DNA of 64,000 nucleotides from NCBI RefSeq assembly GCF_030435755.1, contig NC_080843.1, positions 68,798,485 to 68,862,484 of the forward strand. Reading direction: 5' to 3'. Below the pieces are notes generated by a model, which was not told where the DNA came from, ran no database searches, and saw only the letters and a list, made by a program, of their open reading frames with translations. Position 1 is the stretch's first letter; every line of letters starts with the position of its first letter. Of the stretch, positions 1 to 11,595 are shown piece by piece. The DNA comes from Ochotona princeps. Taxonomy: Eukaryota. The position numbers were made by a program, and so were the translations under genes.

Positions 1-107
1 GTCCCACCTGTGGGCTGAAGAAGGCTCACAGAATCATTTGATCTGGCTCTGCCAAATCAACCACAGATGGGACTTGATGCGAAATAAATCTAGAGCAAGT
101 GAACTCT

Positions 108-458
108 TGTTTGGTTTTTTTTTTTTTCTCAGAGGTTTATTTGAAAATCAGTTATAGAGTTAGAGAGAGAGATAGATAGATAGACAGACAGATAGACAGA
201 TAGATAGATAAGAATCTTTTGTCCGCTGTTTCACTCCCCAGGGCTGGGCAAGGCTGAACGAGGAGCCAGGAGTTTCATCTAGGTCTCTCACGTGGGTGCA
301 GGGGCCTGAACACTCAGGCCATCTCCTGCTGCTTTCCCAGGGACATTAATAGAGAGTTGGATAGGAAGTGGAGCAGCCAGGATACAAACTGGTGCCCATA
401 TGGGATGCTGGTATCAGAAGTGGTAGCTTTGCCTTCTGTGTTACAGCTCTGGCCCCAA
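108..458 (-). mobile_element. SINE (rabbit C-repeat, tRNA-derived)
   Basis: Reverse-complement C-repeat body (…ctggtgcccatatgggatgctgg…) with a poly-T at 111-128. Confidence 0.8.
160..212. repeat. (GA)n-(GATA/GACA)n compound microsatellite inside a SINE tail
   Basis: agagagagagatagatagatagacagacagatagacagatagatagataag. Confidence 0.9.
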
Positions 459-1552
459 ATCAGTGAATTGCTAAGTTGATACTATCGTATGGTTCACAAA
501 CGATGTTGTGAATTTCCAAATGGCCCCTGGCAGAAAAAAGATTGCCAGCCCTGCAGCCCATGAATCCTGGGTAGAGAGCTCAGCCGCCAGCGCACAGTAG
601 TGCATCAGTTTCGAGCTTTGGGAGTGCGAGCTGCAGCTGCTGCCACTTTCTGGTGTCCAAGACAGCACTGAACTGCAAAGAACTAGCTAGTAAAAAGGTC
701 TCAATGTTACATTCCAGGCATGGTTTCGACTGGTCAAACTCTCATGAGGTTGACAAATCCTAAGCGTTGGCATTCTAAGTAGAGATTGGGGAGGTGAGGC
801 AGGGGGCCCAGATGCTCTTTGCCAGGCCAGGTCCACTGGGACAAGAGATGGAAGGTGGAGCTCTCCCGGATGCCTTTTCTTTGACAAAACCCCTGAAGGA
901 CACCTGTGCTTGACCTGGATTTACTGAACTGTCCCATGACAAATCGGGACTCAGTCTAGGTCAACGCTTCATCCTGTTCTGCAGGTGACTGGCCCATGTC
1001 CAGTCAGCACGCCTGCCTCTGCATGCTGAGCTCTCAGAACCTGAGCTCAAGTCGGCCTCATCCCCTAGGTCTATCCTACTGTGTGACTGAGCACTGACCA
1101 TGCCGGGAGTTACAGAGAAGGATAATGAAAGCATTTTCATCAGAAACTAACACACTGTGAAGACAACCCGACACCTTCACGCTCTTCTGTGAGATAACAC
1201 CATTGTATAAGTCAGCTAAAACGATGACTTCACCCCGAGAAGGGTCAACTTGAGTGAGCCAGGCATAGACAACCCTTGGTGGTCACTGCGTGGCCTTCCT
1301 CGTTTCAGGGCTACAAATGTCACCCTTCCAGTTGCTCAGAACAAGACCCCGGAGCCATTCCTGACTGCAGCTGCTCTCTCAGGCTCTGTTCCTATCCTCA
1401 AGCTTCCCGGGGTCACCTGTAGCCCTTCCCTCATCCTGCATCCCACTGTGCAGGTGTCGGGCCGATCACCATCAGCCCTCACTCAAACCCCTTGGTAGTC
1501 CCTATGCTGCAATATGGCTCCAGATGTTCCCTGCCTCCTTGTTTTTCACAAA

Positions 1553-1873
1553 AGATTTATTTATTTGTTTGAAAGTTAGAGTTACAGAGAGAAGGAAAAG
1601 ATAGAAAAAAGAGACTCTTCCATCCACTGGTTCTCCGCAAGTGGTTGCAATGGCTGGAGCTGGACTGATCCAGGCTGAAGCCAGGAGCTTTTCCCATGTC
1701 TCCCAAATGGGTGCAGAGGCCCAGGCACTTGGGACATACTGTGCCATCTTCCCAAAGTATTTCCAGGGAGCTCAATCGGAAATGGAGCAGATGGTCTCAA
1801 ATCAGCACCAGAAGGGAGGCTGGCACTGCAGCTGACGGCTTCACCATCTACATCACAGTGCTGGGCCCCAAAC
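1553..1873 (-). mobile_element. SINE (C-repeat)
   Basis: aaagatttatttatttg…ttccatccactggttctc…gggtgcagaggcccagg…gctgggcccc. Confidence 0.8.
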
Positions 1874-2853
1874 GTCCCCTTCGGATCAAGGCTTCTTCTA
1901 GGGTTGTGGCCTGTCAAGCTCCTGCCCAGAAACTCTGCTGTTTAAACAAGTTGTTCCTCTCCTACCCAGGCGTGACCCATCTCGCTTTGCCGCTCCAGCA
2001 GGAACAGCTACGTGTTCGGGACTGTGGAGGATGTAAGCTGACCCCTTGCTTCAGTTTGCATCTGTCTGAAGGGTCACCCAGCCAGAACTGCCAGAGATTA
2101 CCAAGGACACTGCCTGCCAGGCCCCACCCCCTTCACTCCTTTACAGGTGCTGCTCCCTACGGGCTTCCATCAACACATTCCCAAGAATCTTTTCCAGGAA
2201 ACGTGACCTAAGATGTCTCCTAACTACTTCTCTTCTGACTGTTCTCAACAGGACAGTCAGAGGGATCCCCTGAAAAGTCAGGAATGGCTCCAGAGCCCCA
2301 ACACCTCCCAGAGGCCTCCACTCAGAGTCAGGCAGCAAGTCTCACATCCTAACGTCGGCCTGCCCCTTACCTCTTCGACCCATTTCCTCTTTGTTTGGCT
2401 CCCGCCACTGCCCTGCCAGAGTGGCCTTCGTGATGCCAGCTGACCGCTCTGGGGCTTTGCCCATGCCACTCCCTCTGTCTGAATGAGTGTCCACTGGATA
2501 GCCACACAGTTTAGTTCCCCACTCCTCCAGGTCTGCACTCAGAGGCTACCTTCTTCGTGAGGCCTTCCTTGGCCGTCCAAACCCTTCCCTTCCTGATTTT
2601 CTTTTTGACTTTGTAACCCGATAGACACTCGGCTCATTTGTCATGTCTGTCTCCTGTTCCCCTATACAAGCTATGCTCAAGAGGTCAGCTTTTGTGTTGT
2701 TCATAAAACAGTCCCTCCTGTGTACCGCCCAGTGAATCACAGTTGATTAAATGGATTTTAGAAATGCATACGGTTTAACTCCTGGAATTGCAATTGGATT
2801 CTTATGATTTATACCTATTCAGTTTAAACATCAAAAGACCACAAAAGGCTTAC

Positions 2854-2978
2854 CTGGGCTACAAAGTCTATTATTCTCCCCTTGACATGAACATTCTCAA
2901 GGGGAATCAAATTCCCAGAGATGTCCTGAAGCCCAGCTTGGGTACTGCTGGAGGCTTTGGCGTCTGGCAACTGGTAAT
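2854..2978 (-). CDS. PARP4: PARP4 exon: (D)YQLPDAKASSSTQAGLQDISGNLIPLENVHVKGRIIDFVAQ
   Basis: Acceptor tttccaacctgcag|ATT. Donor CCCAG|GTAAGC. Matches human YQLPDAKTSSSTKAGLQDASGNLVPLEDVHIKGRIIDTVAQ. The next (VIT-domain) exon was not found in 1-2853. Confidence 0.8.
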
Positions 2979-3087
2979 CTGCAGGTTGGAAACATTAGTG
3001 TTAGCTTGCATTTTTACTGTAGCTTGTTCATTTATTTAGTTATTTTCATTCTATTTGCAAGACAAAGAGACAGACAAGAATCTTCCA

Positions 3088-3421
3088 GGCCCAGCACAAT
3101 AGCATAGCCCTTAAAGTCCTCGCCTTGAATGCACCAGGATCTCATATGGGTGCGAGAGTTCTAATCCTGACAGCCCCACCTCCCATCCAGCTCCCTCTTG
3201 TGACCTGGGAAAGCAGTGGAGGATGGCCCAAAGCTTTGGGACCCTGCACCCGCGCGGGAGACCAGGAAGAAGTTCCTGTCTCCTGGCTTCGGATTGGCTC
3301 AGCTCTAGCCGTTGCGGCCACTTGGGGAGTGAACCATTGGACGGAAGATCTTCCTCTCTGTCTCTCCTCTTTTCTGTATATCTGCCTATCCAATAAAAAT
3401 AAATAAATCTTTAAAAAAAAA
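3088..3421 (+). mobile_element. SINE (C-repeat), full length with an A-tail
   Basis: …cttaaagtcctcgccttgaatgcaccaggatctcatatgggtgcgag…aataaataaatctttaaaaaaaaaa. Confidence 0.9.
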
Positions 3422-3439
3422 ACCCAGAAACAGAATCTC

Positions 3440-3680
3440 CATTCTACTTGCTCATTCCCCAAATGGCTGCAATGGCTGATTCTGGGTCAGGTGGGATCCA
3501 GGAGCCAGAAGAACTCAGTGGGTACCAGAAACCTGCTTACTTGAGCTATTGCCATTGCTTTCCTGGGTCTGCATTAACTGGAGGCTGAAGCAGAGCTGGG
3601 TACTGAACCCAAGCACTCTGATACAGATGCAGGTGTCCCCAACGGCATCTTAACTGCTAGGCCAAATGCCAGCCCCCTCA
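3440..3680 (-). mobile_element. SINE (C-repeat), partial
   Basis: …ttccccaaatggctgcaatggctg…catcttaactgctaggccaaatgccagccccc. Confidence 0.75.
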
Positions 3681-4493
3681 CTACACAAAACATAAATCCT
3701 CGCCTGCGGGAAGCAAAGCTCAGAAAGTTTCTGTGACTTGTTCATGGTGGCACCAAGTGGTAGGGTATATCTGCAAGCCTCAACTTCTTGGTTCTAAAGC
3801 TGTGTCTGCTGTCTGTTCTGTCTTCCCTGCTTGGTTTGGATGTGATTTGATTGTGTTCCCCCGAAGGTCAAGTGTGGGAGCTTGTTTGCTGGTGTGCTGA
3901 TGCTGGGAGGTCATGCAGGCTGTTAAGGTGGTACCTGGTGAGTGATCTCTGGGGCACTGCCCTTGGAAAGCACCAAGGAGGCCCTTGTGGCAGTCCTGTG
4001 CTCACGCCAGAGCAGAGTGTTAAAGGAGTGAACCCAGCCCTGACTCACTTTGACTTCCTGTTTTGAGGTGTGGTCTCTTGCTCAAGCTTCTACCATGAAG
4101 CTCTTAGCCTATCAACAAGAAAAAACAATGTAGCTACCCAAATTTCAGGCTCTACATCTGTGAGTCAGATAAGCTTCCTTTTTTTATAAAGTTAGCCTAC
4201 CTCAGGAATTTCATTATAGTAACCAAAAGTGGCCTAATGTACACCCTCCTATTATACTTTTTGCACTTGGACAGCTTACAGTGGCTCCATTGGCTTTAAG
4301 ATTGACTGTCTCTGAGAACAAGTTCAACTTAAGTGAGCTAACAAAGTAACAAGGAATTTTAAGATCACTTAACCTTTCTCACATTCTGGCTGTCCCATGT
4401 CCAAAACTAAAAATAAAATGAAATATTCGTGTATGAGGTCATATATTTTCTTGAAAAATTGTTTCATGAAAAAATGTAGCAGAACTGTCTTAC

Positions 4494-4653
4494 CTTCAAT
4501 TTTTGAGCTGTCTGAGAACACAGGAGGTCTGTATTGCTCTAGTTCAATATTGTTAGGAGGCCTAAAGCTCTTTATTTGATCCTCAGGCAGGCAAAATTTA
4601 ATAATATATTTCATTTTAACCTGATTAGTTTTATATACCACAAATTCGTCATC
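4494..4653 (-). CDS. PARP4: PARP4 exon: DDEFVVYKTNQVKMKYIIKFCLPEDQIKSFRPPNNIELEQYRPPVFSDSSKIE(D)
   Basis: ORF 4369..4641(-). Acceptor tcctgctag|GAT. Donor TTGAAG|GTAAGA. Matches human DDEFVVYKTNQVKMKYIIKFSMPGDQIKDFHPSDHTELEEYRPEFSNFSKVED. Confidence 0.85.
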
Positions 4654-4864
4654 CTAGCAGGAAGAGAAAGTAAGAGTTAAAGATTACAATCACAACCCTT
4701 CGTCAGCAGATGTTCTCAAAAGAGCAGGAGGTCAAGTTTGCTAATTCAGATGACACACATACAATTAATTACATAAATGTAATTATACTGAATATAACAG
4801 GAGCAAAACCTGATGCTGTTCTTTGGGCATTTGGGACTTTATCTGTTGCTTCATATAAAAATAC

Positions 4865-5048
4865 CTCGAAATCTGTGTTGAGCGAGGCTGTTCGTGCTAC
4901 TCCGTGCACACTGTGGTAGCCTTCTGGGGCTTCGGTTAAAGAGAAGTCCTTCTGGTTAAATTCTATACACTCTCCGAGGGCCACGTCACAAACAAGCAGG
5001 AACCTGGTACCCTCGGTCTCACCTGGATGTGCGTATTTAATAGTTGCA
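4865..5048 (-). CDS. PARP4: PARP4 exon: (S)ATIKYAHPGETEGTRFLLVCDVALGECIEFNQKDFSLTEAPEGYHSVHGVARTASLNTDFE
   Basis: ORF 4769..5074(-). Acceptor cacgtgcag|TGC. Donor TTCGAG|GTATTT. Matches human TSIKYSHPGETDGTRLLLICDVALGKCMDLHEKDFSLTEAPPGYDSVHGVSQTASVTTDFE. Confidence 0.85.
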
Positions 5049-5187
5049 CTGCACGTGGAAGGAAATAAGCACATATTTCAACTTACAGCTACAGGTAAGT
5101 AGCATTTTATCACAGATTGATCACCCTTTTCTTGAAGCCCCAAATCTGAAGTGTTATGAAGTCCAAAACAGATTAAGCACTGCGTGG

Positions 5188-5580
5188 CACCAAGATAGAA
5201 CATGGTACCCAGGCCTCCTGTGATGGGTCACAGTTACAACACAGGTGCAGGGGTCATTGTTGCAACACAGTGGGTTAAGTTTCTAGCTGCGATGCCAGCA
5301 TTCCGTGTCAGTGCTAGTTGGAGATCTGGCAGCTCTACTATGATCCAGCTCCCTGCTAATGTGCTTGGGAAATCTTGGAAGAAGGGAAATTTCTCGGACA
5401 CCTGCCTCCACGTGGGAGATTGTGGTGAAGCTCCTGGTTTTGGCCTGAGCCCACCTGGGCCTTTCCTGCCATTTGGAGAGTTGGCCAGCAGATGGAAGAT
5501 CTCACTTCCTCTCTTTGTCCATAACTCTGAGTTTCAAATCAGTAAGATAAACTTTTAAAAACAAACACAAAACAAAAAAA
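5188..5580 (+). mobile_element. SINE (C-repeat, diverged)
   Basis: …cagctccctgctaatgtgcttgggaaatcttggaagaaggg…ggaagatctcacttcctctctttgtcc… A-rich tail. Confidence 0.75.
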
Positions 5581-6002
5581 GCCACAGGTGTGCTAATCAT
5601 TGTATACAATGACCTATAGGCTGTGTGCATAAGGTGTAGATGAAGCATAAAACATTTTGTGTTTAGGTTTTGGTCTAATCCCCAAGATATCCCATTGCAT
5701 ATATGTCAATATTTCAAAAATTGTGAAAACTTAAAAATTAAAACACTTCTGGCCCCATGAATTTAGGGTTGTATTACTGAAAAATAACCTTCCCAGATAC
5801 CTTCCCAGAAAGTTATCCCAAAGTTCATGGTTATTGAGATAGTTGGAAAGATTCAGCTTTGAACTTTATTCTGAGCTTGTTTACTTTAAAGTTCAGATAG
5901 TAAACATATATATGGTCCTTGGTTGTGTCAGGCTGTGTTCAAAACACTTGTTCTCAGAGAAACAACTATAGTGTTCCTGCCAATTCTGTTTAGATTTCTG
6001 GG

Positions 6003-6215
6003 TTTTTTTTTTCAAGATTCATTTTTATTTTTTTGAAAGGCAGACTTACAAAGAGGGATAGAGGGGTTGAGTTTTCATCTGCTGGAACATTCTCCAGAGG
6101 CATTCGTGGCCAGGGCTGTGCCAGAGCCCAGGCTCTCAAAGACCCTGGCTGCAGAGACTGAGCCCACCCCAGTCCTGGGTGAGCTGCATAACCTGGGGCA
6201 AGGCTCTCTGAGTTC
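6003..6215 (-). mobile_element. SINE fragment (C-repeat-like 3' half)
   Basis: tttgaaaggcagacttacaaagagggatagaggggttgagttttcatctgctgg…. Confidence 0.5.
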
Positions 6216-6478
6216 CCACCGGTAATAGAGCAAAGTTAGGGTTTTCCTTAAGCATTATTGTAGAGAACTTCAGACAAAACTCACATGAAAGCTCTTAGGA
6301 GCATGCATCACTAACAGGACTTCAAATGTAATTTCCCTTAACATTTAAGACACTGGGAAAACTGGCGGCGTTTAGTGGTTTGTTGCTTGGATGAGAAACT
6401 CCCTCATTGGGAAAAGACAGGCAAGAAGAGCAAGTCGCAGCATCGGTTCCTCGGGGACGAAGGAAGGAGCCGACTCAC

Positions 6479-6574
6479 CTGAGCGAATCACTGAAGTATA
6501 TTCCACTTCCAAGATTCCCAATGTCCGTTCTGTGCACACCACGATCTTCAACCACTTTGGGTAAAAGCAAACCC
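6479..6574 (-). CDS. PARP4: PARP4 exon: (R)GLLLPKVVEDRGVHRTDIGNLGSGIYFSDSL(S)
   Basis: Acceptor ctttctag|GGG. Donor CTCAG|GTGAGT. Matches human GLLLPKVVEDRGVQRTDVGNLGSGIYFSDSLS. Confidence 0.8.
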
Positions 6575-6689
6575 CTAGAAAGAAAAGGGTATTACAATGC
6601 CTGAGCAGAAAAAGACGGGGTGGTGGGGGGGAACCTCTTACTACAGCCTTGTAATACTAGAAACAGTTGCTATTTAAAAACCAATTCAG

Positions 6690-6835
6690 GGCCCGGAGTG
6701 ATGGCGTAGTGGTTAAAGTCCTTTCCTTGCACGCGTCCGGACCCCATATGGGTGCCAGTTCTAATCCCAGTGGCTCTGCTTCTCATCTTTTGAGTCCATC
6801 AACAGCATTTTTTGTTTGCTTGTTCTTTTTTGAAA
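6690..6835 (+). mobile_element. SINE (C-repeat) 5' portion
   Basis: ggcccggagtgatggcgtagtggttaaagtcctttccttgcacgcgtccggaccccatatgggtgccagttctaatcccag. Confidence 0.75.
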
Positions 6836-7075
6836 GTTTATTTATTTGAAAGACAGAGTGACACAGAGAGAGGTAGACAGAGATCTTTCATCTGCTGATT
6901 CGCTCCTCAGACGCCTCCAGGGGCCAGGCTGGGCTGAGCTGAAGCCAGCTCCTCCATGGGGAGTAGGAATGCAGGTGCTAGAACCGTCATCCGCTGCCTC
7001 CATCAGCAGGCAGCTGGCTAGCTGGGCTCAAACACGCACCCCGGTACGGGTTTAAGCATCTTACTTGAGTGACAG
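6836..7075 (-). mobile_element. SINE fragment (C-repeat-like)
   Basis: tttatttgaaagacagagtgacacagagagaggtagacagagatctttcatctgctgattcgctcc…. Confidence 0.55.
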
Positions 7076-7112
7076 CAGTTTAAGTTTTTTTCCAGGTGGA
7101 TCTTGTATGTTT

Positions 7113-7432
7113 TTTCATTTTATTTTACTGAAAGTCAGATATACAGAGAGGAGGAGAGACAGAGAGGAAGATCTTCCATCCGATGATTCACTCCCCAAGC
7201 GACCGCAATGGCTGGTGCCGAGCTGATCTGAAGCCAGGAGCCAGGAACTTCTTCCGGTTCTCCCATGCAGGTGCAGGGTCCCAAGGCTTTGGGCCGTCCT
7301 TGACTGCTTTCCCAGGCCATAAGCAGGGAGCTGGATGGGAAGTGGGGCTGCCGGGATTAGAACCAGTGCCCGTATGGGATCCCAAGGCTTTCAAGGTGAG
7401 GACTTTAACCACTAGACCACCACGCCGGGCCT
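7113..7432 (-). mobile_element. SINE (C-repeat), full length
   Basis: …cagatatacagagaggaggagagacagagaggaagatcttccatccgatgattcactccccaag…accacgccgggcc. Confidence 0.9.
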
Positions 7433-7856
7433 GTATGTTTCTTTTAAAGTACTTACAGGATCAAATTTAATCTTATTCCCTCCTTCACTCATAAGCTTAG
7501 TTTTAGCATTATGTTAAGTCAACAGAAAACTAGAGTTATGTTTTGATTTGGAAACTCACATATAGGTACTCTAATTTCTAGAACTATCTCTTTCAATACT
7601 GGACTGTTCTCAGATTAGTTACACATGAAGAGCCTTGCAATATACAATCACTTGTCGTCATATGATACAGTCTTCCAGGGGTAATTCATACCCAGACAAC
7701 ACAACTTTGAAAAGCAACAAGTACATAATTTAAAGGACATATTTATTGATGAGGTGTTTAATTTTCTCTAGAGGTCGGCTGGCTGAGAAGACCCATTCCA
7801 TATAGAAAAACTAGGGAAAACAGTGAAATGTTTCACCCCCAGGAGGCTGCTCGTAC

Positions 7857-7994
7857 CGGGACAGGATTCCTATGAGGTTGCAGACAGGAGATCCGTGTAA
7901 CAGGAGCCTCACGTTGCCCAGTTGGCTTAGAAATTCTGTGGTTTCATTCACTCTGCCGACTCGAAACATCTGCAAGATGTTCACACGATGTTTA
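7857..7994 (-). CDS. PARP4: PARP4 exon: (G)KHRVNILQMFRVGRVNETTEFLSQLGNVRLLLHGSPVCNLIGILS(R)
   Basis: Acceptor ttcttacag|TAA. Donor CCCG|GTACGA. Matches human SKSPVDVLQIFRVGRVNETTEFLSKLGNVRPLLHGSPVQNIVGILCR. Phase 2→2. Confidence 0.8.
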
Positions 7995-8149
7995 CTGTAA
8001 GAAGCAGAAGGAAAACCTTGAGATTACATATTTAGAAGCAAGACACACACAAAATCATGATTATCAAGATAAATGCCTGCTGTCAGAAAACTGAACTTAC
8101 AACATAGCCTGGAAAGGGTTTCCTATTGAAAACATTGCATGTGTTGATT

Positions 8150-8410
8150 TGAGGGACAGAAGGAGAGAACTCCCAAACACTGGTCCAGGCCCTAAATGCC
8201 CGGATGCTCGAGGATGGACTACAACCAGGAACCAGGAACTCCATCTGGGTCTCTCCATGGGTTGGCAAGAACCCAGACACTTGGTTCATCTTCTCTCCCC
8301 TGGGCTACACACTATGGAGAATCTGGAATCAGGCGCCGGAGCTGGAAGGAACCCCAGGTACCCCAGTGTGGGAAGCAGGCATCCAGGCATCTTAACTGCT
8401 AGGCCAAATG
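8150..8410 (-). mobile_element. SINE (C-repeat), partial
   Basis: …catcttaactgctaggccaaatgtctg at the end. The body is diverged. Confidence 0.65.
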
Positions 8411-8607
8411 TCTGTTTTGAAAAACACCAACTTACTGAGCCTTACAGGAAAAGAAAACACTTAAATTAAGTACAACATTTTATATATTAATCCCAAATCT
8501 TATCAAATACATAACATACAGTGTTACAGTTCCACTCACATATAAGAATGAAGTGGGGGAGTCCTTGTTTTGGCAGCATATATACTTAAAAAAAAGAAAA
8601 ACACCCA

Positions 8608-9000
8608 AATGGGAGACTGGCATTGTGGCACGGTTGGCGAAGCTGTGCCACTTGCAATGCAGGCATCCCATGAAGTGCCCGTTTGTGTCCTGTCTGCTTG
8701 CACTTCAGATCCATCTCCCTGACAAAGGTGTGGGAAAAGCAGTAGAAGATGCGAAGACAGCACAGTGCTTGGGCCTGGATGAAGCCCTGGCTCTGCCTTC
8801 AGCCCCACCCAGTCCTGTGGCCACCTGGGGAGCAGACCAGAAAGATCTGGCTCTTTCCCCCTCCCTCCAACTCCATCCCTCCTTCTCTCTGTCTCTCAGC
8901 TCTGGTCCTTGCAGTCACCTGGGGTGTGAACCAGCGGATGGAACATCTTTCCTGATAAATCTGCCTGGCTGATAAAAATAAACCAATCTTTAAAAAAAAA
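8608..9000 (+). mobile_element. SINE (C-repeat, diverged) with an A-tail, ending 36 bp from a PARP4 exon
   Basis: gggagactggcattgtggcacggttggcgaagctgtgccac…ataaaaataaaccaatctttaaaaaaaaa. Confidence 0.75.
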
Positions 9001-9035
9001 TAAAGAAGGTTCTGAGACGTTTCCTTTTGGCTTAC

Positions 9036-9196
9036 CCGTGATTGTTCTTTAGTATCTCCTTTTTAACGCTAAGAAACTCTTCAGTATGCTGTTCAACGTG
9101 CTCAATTTTGCACCTCAAAGCTCGGTATTTGGCAAGAGATGGTGGGTCGGGTTTGGAAAAATTAGTTTCACAGACATTAACCATGTCTCTTATTAG
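9036..9196 (-). CDS. PARP4: PARP4 exon: LIRDMVNVCETNFSKPDPPSLAKYRALRCKIEHVEQHTEEFLSVKKEILKNNH(G)
   Basis: ORF 9032..9232(-). Acceptor ccacccacag|CTA. Donor CACGG|GTAAGC. Matches human LIRDMVNVCETNLSKPNPPSLAKYRALRCKIEHVEQNTEEFLRVRKEVLQNHH. Confidence 0.85.
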
Positions 9197-9467
9197 CTGT
9201 GGGTGGAAATGGTACAGAGACATCAGACTCAATACATACCAAAAGATTAATATTTATATTCCATTGATATTTTCTCAAAAAGAATGGGAAAGTCATTTTT
9301 TCCCCAAAGCTTTACATCAGTATTTGCTGTTTGTAGTGTATTAAAAGTTAACAAAGTTCGCTATCTGATTGCACAGTGTACAATGCTAATAATATAAACA
9401 CGAACATAACATATTATTGTTAACAAGATATAGGTACATTATTCATTTTAGTTTTTTTTTAAAAAGA

Positions 9468-9607
9468 TTTATTTTATTTTTATTACAAAGTCAGATATAC
9501 TGAGAGGAGGAGAGATAGAGAGGAAGTGGAGCTGCCAGGATTAGAACCAGCGGCCATATGGGATCAAGGCGAGGACCTTAGCCACCAGGCCACACCGCCG
9601 AGCCCTC
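9468..9607 (-). mobile_element. SINE (C-repeat) with an internal deletion
   Basis: aaaagatttattttatttttattacaaagtcagatatactgagaggagg…gccaccaggccacaccgccgagccc. Confidence 0.75.
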
Positions 9608-9624
9608 ATTTTAGTTTTAAATGT

Positions 9625-9760
9625 TTGAAAGGCAGAGTGATAGAGAAGGAGAGATAGGGAAATGTCCTCCACCTGCTGCTTCAGTTGCTCGGGCCGGGCA
9701 GAAGCTGGGAAAACCATCGGGGTTCCTGTAGGCCACGATATTAGTCACCACGGCATCTAT
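9625..9760 (-). mobile_element. SINE fragment
   Basis: tttgaaaggcagagtgatagagaaggagagatagggaaatgtcctccacctgctgcttc. Confidence 0.5.
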
Positions 9761-11077
9761 TTGTCCTCACCACAACACCAGAGTAGCTTATTATCCTCAT
9801 TGTTCAAAAAACAGTCAAAAAGTCCATGGAAAATACACTGAAGGGGAAACTATTCACAGATTTCAGAAACCATTTTGTACCAAAATAAAATTTACCTTTT
9901 AAATCCATTTTCCGCTTTTCGAAGAACTATCATACAGAGAAGTGAGAATTTGAGAATTGAAATCAGTTCTTTCAGATCCGACTGTGAGGAGGGACAGTGA
10001 ATAAGTGGGATTCAGGATTAGCAGACTACTGGTCTATTTCAGCTTATTGGAAAAAGTGCTGTGTTGTGCACTCCGGGTGTGCGGGCCTGAGCCACACAGC
10101 CAACCACACACATGATGGGGAGCTATGAGACCCCAACAGGACATGAGACCTCCCTGTGGTCCAGAGGCTGTGGTTACAGTGACGTCACAGGACGAGGTGT
10201 TGGAGATGCTGGTGTAAACACGCCTTCAGCACCGCCAGCACACGTCACGTCAGCAGCACACCACACTGGATGATGATCGTAAGTGCCTGTTACTGGCTTA
10301 TTTATTTATTATACCATATTTTTGTTATTATGTTGGAGTGTACTCCTGCAAGCTCAGGTGTCCTGTGAACGTCTGCCCGTTGTGCCAGCAGGACCTCATC
10401 CATCTTGTGTTAACCGTGTGTCCTGAGGGACTGACCTATGTCACCTAGGGCTGTGCAAGCATGCGAACAAGAATACAGGCTAACACCTCGAACCTGGAAA
10501 TCCTAACTCTAAAGTGGACCGAAGCACTGACATTCCCTACCTGGTCTCATATGATGATTCCCACTCAAGAAGCAGGTACATAACAATAAAGAAAAAAAGA
10601 AGTGGAAAGAGAAAAAAAAAGAACCAACAAAAGGAAAAAAAAAAAAAAAACCAAAGAAATAAATTATCTTCTGGCTATGCACATAAGTTTTATAGGAAAC
10701 AAATGAATTTTCTGTCTTTACTTGGATCCAATTCTCATATCTCACTACATTTATGCAAATACAAGTATGCATTTACATATATGCAAACCCTGAAAAAAAT
10801 CTGAAATGTAAATATACATCTGGTTCTAAGCATTATAGATAAGGGATTCTCAACCTGTACATATTTATATAATTATTTGCAAAAATAAACTCTGCAAAGG
10901 CAACCAAAAAAAGCTCAATAACAAAATGGTTACGTGTTATGGAAAGGAGAATGGTTGCAGGGGACAGAGTGGATTAGAGATTTCTCTGAGCATATCTTTT
11001 TTAACATCATTTTGACTTCTGAATCATATAGATATTTTAATCTATTCAAAATACAATTTCAAACTAAAAGTGCTTGG

Positions 11078-11388
11078 AAGGGTTGGCATTGTAGTGCGGC
11101 AGGTTAGATGTAATGCCGATACCCTATAATAAGCGTGCCAGTTTTGATCCTGGCTTCTTGTTAATGTGCCTCGGAAAGCAATTAAGGATGGCCCAGGGGC
11201 TTGGGTCCTTGCCACCCATGTGGCGATCAGGATGGAGATACAGGCTTCTCATTTCAGCCTGGCCCAGTTTGGCTGTTATAGCCATTTGGGGATCAGTGGA
11301 TCTATCTTTTTCCATCTTTATCTCTGTGTGTCACCCTGCTTTTCGAATAAGTAAATAGATATTTAAAAAAAAAAAAAAGTAATCTGGG
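11078..11388 (+). mobile_element. SINE (C-repeat, diverged) with an A-tail
   Basis: gggttggcattgtagtgcggcaggttagatg…ccatttggggatcagtggatc…aaaaaaaaaaaaaa. Confidence 0.75.
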
Positions 11389-11595
11389 AGACCAGCACCA
11401 TGGTGTAGTAGGCTAATCTTCTATCTGCAGTGCTGGCAAACCACATGGGTGCTGGTTCAAATCTCAGTGGCTCCACTTCCAATCCAGCTCAGCTACAGCT
11501 ATTGTGGCCATTTGGGGAGTAAAGTAGCAGGTGGAAGATCTGTTTCTCCTTCTCTCCTTAACTCAACCCTTCAAATAACAAAATAAAAAGTACGT
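11389..11595 (+). mobile_element. SINE (C-repeat), partial, directly abutting the previous element
   Basis: gggagaccagcaccatggtgtagtaggctaatc…ggccatttggggagtaaagtagcaggtggaagatctg. Confidence 0.7.

Noticed and set aside
471-668. Minus-strand ORF (…AIWKFTTSFVNHTIVST) after an acceptor-like ttttttctgccag, considered as the next PARP4 (VIT-domain) exon
   Set aside because: Only ~3/15 identities to the expected VIVFQTYTNKSHVPIE…, and it ends in a stop. The next PARP4 exon is probably beyond the window or was missed.
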